A stretch of 64,000 nucleotides of DNA from Promethearchaeota archaeon (lineage in GTDB: Archaea; Asgardarchaeota; Lokiarchaeia; Sigyniarchaeales; SOKP01): assembly GCA_048938025.1 (NCBI GenBank), contig JBHLMP010000006.1:1-64000 (forward strand), given 5' to 3'. Below the pieces are notes generated by a model that had not been told where the DNA came from, did not search any database, and saw nothing but the letters and a program-made list of their open reading frames with translations. Both the position numbers and the translations under genes were made by a program. Shown one piece after another: positions 30,113-38,483 of this stretch (positions within the stretch are counted from its first letter, which is position 1; each line of letters begins with the position of its first letter).

Positions 30113-30877
30113 ATCAGGGAATCAGCAAATTATGGAAATTGGGTACCATTAAATTTATTATACTTTTTAATAGGTGCAAATTTAATTTTATTAATCCCTT
30201 CCTTATTCCCAATTCCTCTAATCGTTAGAATAGTATTATGGGTAATTATAGGATTGCTTCTTTTACCATCTTCTTATTTATTTTATTTATTTTATAAATT
30301 TTCAGTAAATAATAAAGAGTTACAATATATGGTCTGGAATTTAGTCATCAATAAATTATCTTGGAATGGACAAGGCAAAGCGCTTGATATTGGCACCGGA
30401 GCTGGAGCATTAGCAATAGAGCTTGCTAAGAAATTCCCTGAATCTAAAGTTTGGGGAATTGATTATTGGGGAAAAATATGGAATTATTCTAAACTTAAGT
30501 GCGAGAGAAATGCTAAAGTCGAGGGTGTTGCAGATCAGGTTGTATTTCAAAAAGCGCATGCTTCAAAATTGCCTTTTAAAGATGGTGAATTTGATGTTAT
30601 TATGAGTAATTTCGTATATCATGAAATTCGAGATGCAAAAGATAAAACCAAACTCATTAATGAGTCTTTTCGAGTTTTGAAAAAAGGAGGGGCCTTTTCT
30701 TTGCAAGATATCTTTAAAAGTAAAAAGAAATTTGGTGATATTGAACAATTAATCAGAGAGATTAAGAAATGGGGCATTGAGGAGGTTAATTTCATCGAAA
30801 CAACTCAAGAAATTCCAATACCTAAGTTGTTGAAATTTGAACTCAAAACAATGGGTTTATTATATGGAGTAAAGTAG
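30113..30877 (+). CDS. Class I SAM-dependent methyltransferase with N-terminal TM segments
   Basis: LDIGTGAG, GIDYW, LPFKDGEFD, RVLKKGG; frame extends upstream through NYGNWVP to an ATC at 30113 preceded by GGTGA (ORF track start 30254). Confidence 0.85.
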   Translation: MRESANYGNWVPLNLLYFLIGANLILLIPSLFPIPLIVRIVLWVIIGLLLLPSSYLFYLFYKFSVNNKELQYMVWNLVINKLSWNGQGKALDIGTGAGALAIELAKKFPESKVWGIDYWGKIWNYSKLKCERNAKVEGVADQVVFQKAHASKLPFKDGEFDVIMSNFVYHEIRDAKDKTKLINESFRVLKKGGAFSLQDIFKSKKKFGDIEQLIREIKKWGIEEVNFIETTQEIPIPKLLKFELKTMGLLYGVK

Positions 30878-30884
30878 ACTTAAA

Positions 30885-31532
30885 ATGGGCTTAAAGCAAA
30901 AATTAGTTAATCAAATAAGAAAACCTAGTGGAAAAGTAGGACGAATAATTGCCAGGGGTATGAATAAAGGGCATGCAAAATTAGCAAAGTGGGGTTTATC
31001 TAAAATTGTTATAGAACCAAATTATATTATTTTAGATATTGGATGTGGGGGTGGGGGAAATATAAAGCGTTTTGCTGAGATTATAGTAGATGGAAAAATA
31101 TATGGAATTGATTATTCAGAAACAGCCGTATCGGTAAGTAAGGAAGTTAATAAGAGATATCTTGAAAATGGAACTGTTGAAATATACAATGCTTCTGTTT
31201 CATCTTTACCTTTTGAAGATAATTTCTTTGATATCATAAGTGGTTTTGAAGCTTATTACTTTTGGCCAGATTTACCAACAGATTTAAAAGAAATCTATAG
31301 AGTTCTTAAACCAAAAGGAAAAATAATTTTAGTTAATGAAGGGTATTTATGTAATAATGAGAAAAAAAGAAAAAAAGCTCAAATGTGGTCAGAATTGGGG
31401 AAATTTCCTCTTCATACTCCTGAAGAATATAATGATTTATTAACTAATGCTGGTTTTTCTAATATCCAAATTTTTGAAGAAAATAAAAAGGGTTGGATTA
31501 CAATTATAGGTAAAAAAATTCGCGTTATATGA
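30885..31532 (+). CDS. Class I SAM-dependent methyltransferase
   Basis: KPSG..G...ARGMN.GH, LDIGCGGG, LPFEDNFFD, YFWPD, RVLKPKG. Confidence 0.92.
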   Translation: MGLKQKLVNQIRKPSGKVGRIIARGMNKGHAKLAKWGLSKIVIEPNYIILDIGCGGGGNIKRFAEIIVDGKIYGIDYSETAVSVSKEVNKRYLENGTVEIYNASVSSLPFEDNFFDIISGFEAYYFWPDLPTDLKEIYRVLKPKGKIILVNEGYLCNNEKKRKKAQMWSELGKFPLHTPEEYNDLLTNAGFSNIQIFEENKKGWITIIGKKIRVI

Positions 31533-31635
31533 GTATGAAGATGTTATAAAAAAATATGAAAATATGGACTATACAAATATTAAATACAATTGAAAAAATT
31601 GAATTAATAAGATTTTAAAAAATAGCTGATTTAAA

Positions 31636-32133
31636 ATGAATAAAAAACGACATGAGGGTCATGAGAGGGAAATTCCAAATGCCCATATATTTCATGCCAT
31701 ATTACCAATAGGATTTGCAGCAATATGGATACTAGATTCAAGAATATTCCAATTCTCAACTTTTTTAAACAATTTTGTACCTTTTATAATTCGTTTAATA
31801 CTCTTTGTATTAGTTTTTGCGATTGCTATTACTTTTATAATACTGTCTCACCGTGCCCTATTTAAATCACATCACCCACCTAGTAGCTTGATTACTAATG
31901 GAATTCTTGGATATGTGAGAAATCCAATGTATTTTGGCATTTTATTAATTTATGTGGCATTAATATTCTTTTCCATTTCATTAATTTGTATTGGTCTCTT
32001 TGTTATAGTATTTCTGGTTTATAATTGGATGGTAAATTTTGAAGAAAAAATTCTTCTGGATATGTTTAGTAATCAATTTTTAGAATATAAAAAAAAAGTA
32101 CCAAAATGGATTCCAAATCCCTTTAAAAAGTAA
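31636..32133 (+). CDS. ICMT/PEMT family membrane methyltransferase
   Basis: LITNGI..YVRNPMY, EEKIL...F...F.EYKKKVPKW. Confidence 0.88.
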   Translation: MNKKRHEGHEREIPNAHIFHAILPIGFAAIWILDSRIFQFSTFLNNFVPFIIRLILFVLVFAIAITFIILSHRALFKSHHPPSSLITNGILGYVRNPMYFGILLIYVALIFFSISLICIGLFVIVFLVYNWMVNFEEKILLDMFSNQFLEYKKKVPKWIPNPFKK

Positions 32134-32152
32134 AAAGAAAGGACCCGTAGTA

Positions 32153-32551
32153 ATGGTTTCTGAGCAAATATGGAAAAAAATATGGTTGATATTTGGGATT
32201 ATTTTTTTATTTATTTCAATTTTTATGTTATTTTTTGGCTCCTCACTAGCTTCAATAACAAGAACCAGACCGTTCTCAGATCGCGCTAGAGCTATGATAA
32301 GTTTCTTCTGGATTTGGATGTTTATATATAATGGAATAGGATTCATTTTACTTTATAAAAATACTGAAAAGTATAAAATTTTATTAATTTTAGCGATTCC
32401 TGCGGGAATAATCTTTACAATTCTTCAAATAATCTATATCATAATAGGGCTTTTTGAATTTGTATTCTCAGAAATTATGTGGGCGGTAAGTTCCTTAATA
32501 TGGTCAATAATAGCAATAGTATATTTTTTTGATAAAAAAAGGCATGCGTAA
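32153..32551 (+). CDS. 4-TM hypothetical membrane protein
   Basis: Four hydrophobic segments; co-oriented within the cluster. Confidence 0.7.
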   Translation: MVSEQIWKKIWLIFGIIFLFISIFMLFFGSSLASITRTRPFSDRARAMISFFWIWMFIYNGIGFILLYKNTEKYKILLILAIPAGIIFTILQIIYIIIGLFEFVFSEIMWAVSSLIWSIIAIVYFFDKKRHA

Positions 32552-32587
32552 TGCATTTAATTAGTTGAAATTGTGAATTAGAATAAC

Positions 32588-33301
32588 ATGAAGAATATGC
32601 ATAAATTTGTAAAAGTAGGATTTACAAACTGCTATCTATTAGAATGTAATTCTGGATATCTACTGATCGATACTGGATATCCACATCATTATGAGAAATT
32701 TGTATCCAAACTAAAAAGAAAGTATAATATTCATATAACTGAAATAAGATATTTGCTTTTAACTCATCATCATGATGATCATGCTGGATTTGCAGCAGAA
32801 TTACTGAAAAACTCTAAAGCAAAATTGTTACTCCATGAAAAAGCTCTGAAAAGATTAGAATTAGGAACCACTGAAGAAGAAGGCAAACCAGTTAATTTTA
32901 GACTTAAAATTGTTCTTAAAATATTTAGTATATTTCACGAGTTTTCCTATCCTCCTATTATCACTTCTAAAAATCACATAATTTTAAAAGACTTTGAAGT
33001 CAATAAGGATCTTCTAAGAAATATTGGAATAGATGGAACTATTCTTTATACACCTGGACACACCAAAGATGGAATTTCAGTAATCTTAAAAGATGGTTCC
33101 GTCTTTCCAGGAGATAATACTATGAATTCATGGTATTTTAATATATTTGGAATAAAAAAAAGACCTATTTATATCCAAGATATCGGGTTAATTTTCAATA
33201 GTTGGAAGAGATATATCGAATTTGGTGGAAAATTTGTATATCCAGCACATGGTAAACCTTTTGACATTAAATATCTAATAAAATATCTTAAAGAAAACTA
33301 G
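32588..33301 (+). CDS. Metallo-beta-lactamase fold hydrolase
   Basis: LIDTG, THHHDDHAG, TPGHT, GD, PAHG. Confidence 0.92.
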   Translation: MKNMHKFVKVGFTNCYLLECNSGYLLIDTGYPHHYEKFVSKLKRKYNIHITEIRYLLLTHHHDDHAGFAAELLKNSKAKLLLHEKALKRLELGTTEEEGKPVNFRLKIVLKIFSIFHEFSYPPIITSKNHIILKDFEVNKDLLRNIGIDGTILYTPGHTKDGISVILKDGSVFPGDNTMNSWYFNIFGIKKRPIYIQDIGLIFNSWKRYIEFGGKFVYPAHGKPFDIKYLIKYLKEN

Positions 33302-33404
33302 GTTTTATTTTTGGATTTTAGCAAAACCTTATTACAAAAGAATACATACAATTCTTAATTGTTGCATTTTTAGCAAATGTACACAATTGTTTTAGGTTTT
33401 ATCA

Positions 33405-33665
33405 ATGGCAAAAGCAAAAGGAACAGTAAAATGGTTTAATAGTAAAAAAGGCTATGGCTTTATTACTCCTGATGATGGTTCGAGTGATTTATTTGTTCAC
33501 TATTCCACTATTCAAGCCGAAAGTGGCGATTTTAAGATAATTTATGAAGGGGATATAGTAGAATATGAAGTCACTCAAGGACAGAAAGGGCCACAAGCCA
33601 GCAATGTCGTAGTTATTGAAAAAGGACCTCGACAGAGTTTTCATGGCCGGAAATCTTTTTATTAA
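33405..33665 (+). CDS. csp: Cold-shock domain protein
   Basis: [15 protein letters not shown] (RNP1), LFVHYS (RNP2), [10 protein letters not shown]. Confidence 0.95.
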   Translation: MAKAKGTVKWFNSKKGYGFITPDDGSSDLFVHYSTIQAESGDFKIIYEGDIVEYEVTQGQKGPQASNVVVIEKGPRQSFHGRKSFY

Positions 33666-33709
33666 TAAAATAGTTTATTAATTAAGAAAGAGAATAGGTA
33701 ATAAAAATA

Positions 33710-33810
33710 AGGAATTTTGGAAGATAGTAAATATGTGAGGAAAGATTTGTTAATTTCTTTTTAATATTTCTCTACGTCTGACAGGTTCCCTTTTTTTTTT
33801 TTATTTTTTT
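33710..33810 (+). terminator. Long imperfect hairpin plus poly-T after csp
   Basis: Nested pairings ggaa/ttcc, aaatat/atattt, gaggaaa/tttcttt, followed by a T12 run at 33791. Confidence 0.45.
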
Positions 33811-33882
33811 AACGCTCTAAATTGAAGCTAAGTAATAAAATTATTAAGAATAGTAGTGATTTATAATTAAAAATCATGATTT

Positions 33883-34557
33883 TTGTATAAAATGAGCCAG
33901 TTGAATGAGAATAAGACATGGACGAGAGAACGAGTTGAAAGATATATCCAATCAACGGAGAAATTAATTAATTATAGATATAAACCATTTGCCAAGCAAG
34001 TACTGGATTCTATAAATGAGTTTGGTATAGAAGGGATTCCAAAAATTTTAGATATTGGATGTGGGCCAGGCATTCTCTTATTTGAAATTAAGAAAATTAT
34101 TCCTGACGTAAAGTTAGTTGGGGTTGATTCCTCAGAACAAATGTTAAATTTTGCCAAAGAGAAAGCAGAACACAATAATATTGATGAGCTTGAACTATTG
34201 AAAGGTTTGGCTGAAGATATTCCATTACCAAATGATGATATAGAGGTGGTTGTATGCCTAAATTGTCTTCATGATTTTAAGGATGCGAAACAGACAATAG
34301 AACAAGTATACCGAGTATTGCGGAGTGGAGGGATTTTTATTTTGAAAGATAAAAATGGTGCTTATCCTCGATGGAAAATGCGTTTACATTTTATTCCATT
34401 AATTCTTAGGACAGGTTTAAAGAGAGCTCGGGCTTATTTAAGAAGCGAGCCATTTTGGCTTGAACCGCATCAAGTATATGATTGGATGAGCCAATTAGGG
34501 TTTCAAGAGATTAGTGTTTCAAATAAACCTGATTATGTTATTATAGGAAAAAAATGA
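33883..34557 (+). CDS. Class I SAM-dependent methyltransferase
   Basis: ILDIGCGPG, GVDSSEQML, RVLRSGG. Confidence 0.9.
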   Translation: MYKMSQLNENKTWTRERVERYIQSTEKLINYRYKPFAKQVLDSINEFGIEGIPKILDIGCGPGILLFEIKKIIPDVKLVGVDSSEQMLNFAKEKAEHNNIDELELLKGLAEDIPLPNDDIEVVVCLNCLHDFKDAKQTIEQVYRVLRSGGIFILKDKNGAYPRWKMRLHFIPLILRTGLKRARAYLRSEPFWLEPHQVYDWMSQLGFQEISVSNKPDYVIIGKK

Positions 34558-34559
34558 GT

Positions 34560-35030
34560 TTACAGTTTTAACTCAAAAAATTTAGCACCCTCATAAGGAT
34601 TATAACGATAAGGATCTATTTCTTCAAATCCTAAAGAAAGATATAAGGTTATTGCTTCTTTCATAAATGGAAGTGTGTCTAAACGCATATGTGTATATCC
34701 CAATTTCCGAGCAGTATTAAATATTTGTTTTGCTAACGCTTTTCCTATGCCTTTTCCTCGATATCTTAATCGAACATAGAGCCTTTTCATCTCACAGATG
34801 CCTTCATCAAAATTTCTTAGAGCTACACATCCTGCTAATTTATTTTTATAAAATGCTAAGAGAAGAGATCCCTCTGGTAATGAATAATCACCAGGTAAGG
34901 ATTCTAGTTCCTCATTAAAATTTTGAAATTCTAAATCTATGTTTAAGTAGTTAGCATATTCTTTAAATAGCTCGGATGCTTGTTCTATTCGTTCTTTAGA
35001 TGTTACCTGTTTAATCTCTAGCATGAGCAT
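34560..35030 (-). CDS. GNAT N-acetyltransferase
   Basis: LPGDY, CEMKRLYV, RGKGIGKAL, LDTLPFM.EAI.LY..LGF. Confidence 0.93.
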   Translation of the reverse strand: MLMLEIKQVTSKERIEQASELFKEYANYLNIDLEFQNFNEELESLPGDYSLPEGSLLLAFYKNKLAGCVALRNFDEGICEMKRLYVRLRYRGKGIGKALAKQIFNTARKLGYTHMRLDTLPFMKEAITLYLSLGFEEIDPYRYNPYEGAKFFELKL

Positions 35031-35148
35031 CTAAGAAGAACATTTCTGTATAGTTTAAAAATAATTTGAATTTTGATCAAAGAATTTATATAAGATTTAA
35101 AAGTATTTTTCTTAAATTAAATATAAACAATAGAGGTAGAAATAAAGA

Positions 35149-35601
35149 ATGGTAAAAGTAAAATATGGAACTCAAGAGTTTGCGGATGCTTATCGTGATG
35201 CCCTAAATAAAAATGAGAATTACAAGGACGCTGCTGCCGATTGGGAAGGTGACTTTGTCTGGGTAGCCACTCCAAGCGGAAATTTAGACCATGAACAGAG
35301 AATGTGGATTGGACTTTATCATGGTAAATGTACAGGTTGTAAAGCATTGGATCCAGATGATAAAGTAAGACTTTTACAACCAGGAGAAAAACCGAGTGGA
35401 GAAGGGTATGAAGTTGAATATATATACACTACTGATTATGAAACATGGAAAAAAATCACTATTGGTGAAGCAGATTCTATTAGAATGATGTTAAGTGGAA
35501 AAGCAAAACTCGAAGGAGATATGGCTAAAGTTATGAAATATACTAGAGCAGCTGCTGAACTTACAGTTTCTGCTCAACAACTTGATATAGAATGGCTTTA
35601 A
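35149..35601 (+). CDS. SCP2 sterol/lipid-binding domain protein
   Basis: LN.NENY..AAADWEGD, W......GE.D...M.SGKAKLEGDM. Confidence 0.85.
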   Translation: MVKVKYGTQEFADAYRDALNKNENYKDAAADWEGDFVWVATPSGNLDHEQRMWIGLYHGKCTGCKALDPDDKVRLLQPGEKPSGEGYEVEYIYTTDYETWKKITIGEADSIRMMLSGKAKLEGDMAKVMKYTRAAAELTVSAQQLDIEWL

Positions 35602-35696
35602 AAAATAAATAGGGAAGTTGATAAATATAAAGATTTTTAAAAAGAAACGTTGAACTAATAATATTTAAATTCAAATTCAATTTAAATAAAAAATAA

Positions 35697-36221
35697 GTGA
35701 GAAATTTGGCTACTACAAAAGGTAAACTTACTCTTTTTTCCATCATATATATAATTGTAGGATTCTTACATATACTAATTCCCGTATGGGGTGTTGTTCT
35801 TGAGGAACCATTTAATTATGCAGAGTTTTATTGGTATTGGGGATTCTACTTTCATGCTAGTGAGGGAAACTTCGATACAGGGACCATTGGTAATGAAGGT
35901 ATCCTATTTGCTGGTAGAACTGCTATGATAATGATGATAATTTGCTTTATAATCCTACTAATAACTTTTATTTTAGCTAGAACATTAGACATTTTTAAAA
36001 CTGAGAAAAATCTAAGTCTTTTTGGAGTTATATGGCTCATAATGGGCATTTTACTATTAATTGCTCCATCTATATATGTTGCAGAAGTAAGTGATGACAT
36101 ATTTCATGATTATGTTTGGGGAGTCGGAATATATTTTTCATATATTCTAGCAATTGTGCCTTTATTACTAGGAATACTTATTCTCTATATGAAATCGAAA
36201 GGACAAAAAATTGGGACTTAA
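35697..36221 (+). CDS. 4-TM membrane protein
   Basis: Four TMs; aromatic loop FYWYWGFY after TM1. Confidence 0.7.
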   Translation: MRNLATTKGKLTLFSIIYIIVGFLHILIPVWGVVLEEPFNYAEFYWYWGFYFHASEGNFDTGTIGNEGILFAGRTAMIMMIICFIILLITFILARTLDIFKTEKNLSLFGVIWLIMGILLLIAPSIYVAEVSDDIFHDYVWGVGIYFSYILAIVPLLLGILILYMKSKGQKIGT

Positions 36222-36306
36222 TTCATGTAAATAGTATCTTAATGGAGTTAAGATAATTTTTTTTTTATCTCTTTTTATTTTTTTTTAAATAACAAAAGAT
36301 ATCTAC

Positions 36307-37557
36307 TTATCGCCATTCAGTACCACAATGACCGCATTTATATTTATGACCATAAACTCGTGGATATGCAAATATTATATGAGTTTTATCAATTATTTCC
36401 CGAATGAGATCTTTGTTAGCATTTCCACATTTAGGACATCTACGCCTTCCCTCAGAACTTCCCTCTAAAATTATTTGTCCTTCTTTTTCTAGTTCAGGAG
36501 AGATGATTGATTTCAATTCTTCTACCAAAGAATAAGAAGAAATAGCCTGTTCTGTTTCCTCAACATTTAGCTCTTGGGTATCTATTGTAATCTTTTCTTC
36601 CATCTTTAATGCAGGTTCCATTAATTGTTCAGTCTCAACTTTTAAAGGTTTTTGAGAGGGGACCTTAAGTTCTTCATGAGGTTGAGGAATTGCTACTTCC
36701 ACTACTTTTTTACCTTTTTCTTTAAACCTTTTATTTTCATCCTCGAGAGCGACTACTTGTTCTTGTAAAATAGCGATTTCTTTTTCTAATTGTGCAATAT
36801 CCGGTTTTTGCATCTTTAAAAAGTCAATGTTATTTCTTAATAAATTGGTTTCGTTTACCAATTCATGGATTTTTTCATTTTTATTAAGAATTAAATTTTC
36901 TAATCTATTAACTTCTTCCATCAAGTTTGCTATAGTATTACGAGTACTCTCAATGAACTCAACATCAGGTTTTTCTTTCTCTTTGAGTATCCTATTATTA
37001 TCCTCTAATTCAGCAATCATTGCTTCTAAATCTATAACTTCTTCCTCTAATTGTGCAATTGTAGCCAACTCAGTTTTTAAATCTCGGATATTATTTTTTA
37101 ACACTCTATTTTCATGTTCTAATTCAGAAGCTTGATTTTTTAATGGTTCAAGATTTTTCTCTAATCTATGGTACTCTTCTGTTAAATTTTCGATTTTTTT
37201 AGTATACTCTTTTAAAATCAGGGGATCCACTGTTTCACCTAAATTTTCTTTTTGTTTCGAAAATTCAAGATTTAAATTTTCAATTTTTTTTTGTAAAATT
37301 TCACTTTCATAATCTTTCTGAGCTAACTCTTTTCGCTGTGAAGAAACCATATTTTTTAAAATTGTAATTTCTTCTGATTCATTTAAACTATCGGCGGTAA
37401 CTTTGCCACTTAATAAGGTTCGTGAATTCTGTTCTTCTAATTGAGCATTTAACCTATTAATCTCATTATTCAATTTTTCTATAATCTTTTCCAATTCTGC
37501 TCTGTTCCTTTCTTCTTCTTCAGCTTTATCAATTAAATCCTTTAAATTTTCGCTCAT
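36307..37557 (-). CDS. Long coiled-coil protein with C-terminal Zn ribbon
   Basis: About 280 aa of heptads; CPKCG...CGHCG.EWR. Confidence 0.8.
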   Translation of the reverse strand: MSENLKDLIDKAEEEERNRAELEKIIEKLNNEINRLNAQLEEQNSRTLLSGKVTADSLNESEEITILKNMVSSQRKELAQKDYESEILQKKIENLNLEFSKQKENLGETVDPLILKEYTKKIENLTEEYHRLEKNLEPLKNQASELEHENRVLKNNIRDLKTELATIAQLEEEVIDLEAMIAELEDNNRILKEKEKPDVEFIESTRNTIANLMEEVNRLENLILNKNEKIHELVNETNLLRNNIDFLKMQKPDIAQLEKEIAILQEQVVALEDENKRFKEKGKKVVEVAIPQPHEELKVPSQKPLKVETEQLMEPALKMEEKITIDTQELNVEETEQAISSYSLVEELKSIISPELEKEGQIILEGSSEGRRRCPKCGNANKDLIREIIDKTHIIFAYPRVYGHKYKCGHCGTEWR

Positions 37558-37720
37558 CGTATTAAAATTTCCATAATTTTATTTAAACATTTCCAATTTT
37601 CTAGAAAGATAATGAAGTTCTAATTAAAAAATTTAAGGAGACTAGATTAAGAATAAAATAATATGAGCATTGCAGAAATCTAAAAAATAATTAATTAAAT
37701 GTCATATTAATTTGGATATC

Positions 37721-37756
37721 AAAGCTTTATAAATAATTAATTAAAGCTTTATAAAT
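37721..37756 (+). promoter_or_regulatory. Duplicated BRE/TATA-like element
   Basis: aaagctttataaat at 37721 and 37743 (22-bp period). Confidence 0.5.
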
Positions 37757-37832
37757 GTTTGAATATTTACTACTCTTACTTTAAGGTTAAATCTTACAAT
37801 AAAAATAAAAAAATAAATGAAGGGTAATTAAA

Positions 37833-38420
37833 ATGGAAGATGTAAGTGATGAAATTTTCTGGAAAAATATAATTAAACAGTATTGGAAAATATTCGTCAT
37901 TTGTATAATCGCAGTAATCGTATGTGCTATAGGAGTACTTCTAGTCCTTGTTTGGTTTATAGAAACCTCTACTCTTGGGGGGCAAGGTGAATGGACTTTT
38001 AATCAGTGGACATTAAATTATGTTGTTGGCTTTATGATTTTGATAATTCTTTGGGAGTTATTACTTGTAGGAGTTCCAGCAGCCCTATTTTTTGGTGTAG
38101 GGGGATATCTATGGTGGAAGAAATTACCTGATGAAGAAAAACAAGTATTCAAAGGAAGAGAAAAGAGGGAAAAGAAAAAATACAAACATTCAAAAAACTG
38201 GGGTGGCGGTGGAGGATTTAATATATTTATGTTTATAGCCTACTGTATCGTTATCGCGATTGATGGAAACTATAATACTAGATTTGGACAATTAGATTAC
38301 AGCTATTTCATTTATGCTTGGTTTTTTACTATTATGTGGCTTTTGATAATTTTTGGCATTCCTGTGGTTATTATACTTTTGATTGTTTATTTTAAAGTAT
38401 GGAGAAAAAAATTAGAGTAA
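37833..38420 (+). CDS. Hypothetical membrane protein (about 4 TM)
   Basis: Hydrophobic helices, basic loop and GGGGG linker. Confidence 0.75.
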   Translation: MEDVSDEIFWKNIIKQYWKIFVICIIAVIVCAIGVLLVLVWFIETSTLGGQGEWTFNQWTLNYVVGFMILIILWELLLVGVPAALFFGVGGYLWWKKLPDEEKQVFKGREKREKKKYKHSKNWGGGGGFNIFMFIAYCIVIAIDGNYNTRFGQLDYSYFIYAWFFTIMWLLIIFGIPVVIILLIVYFKVWRKKLE

Positions 38421-38483
38421 AATTTTTTTTATTATTATTTTTTTTGCATAAAACCTCTTAAATTCAAGAAAAAAAGATATAAA

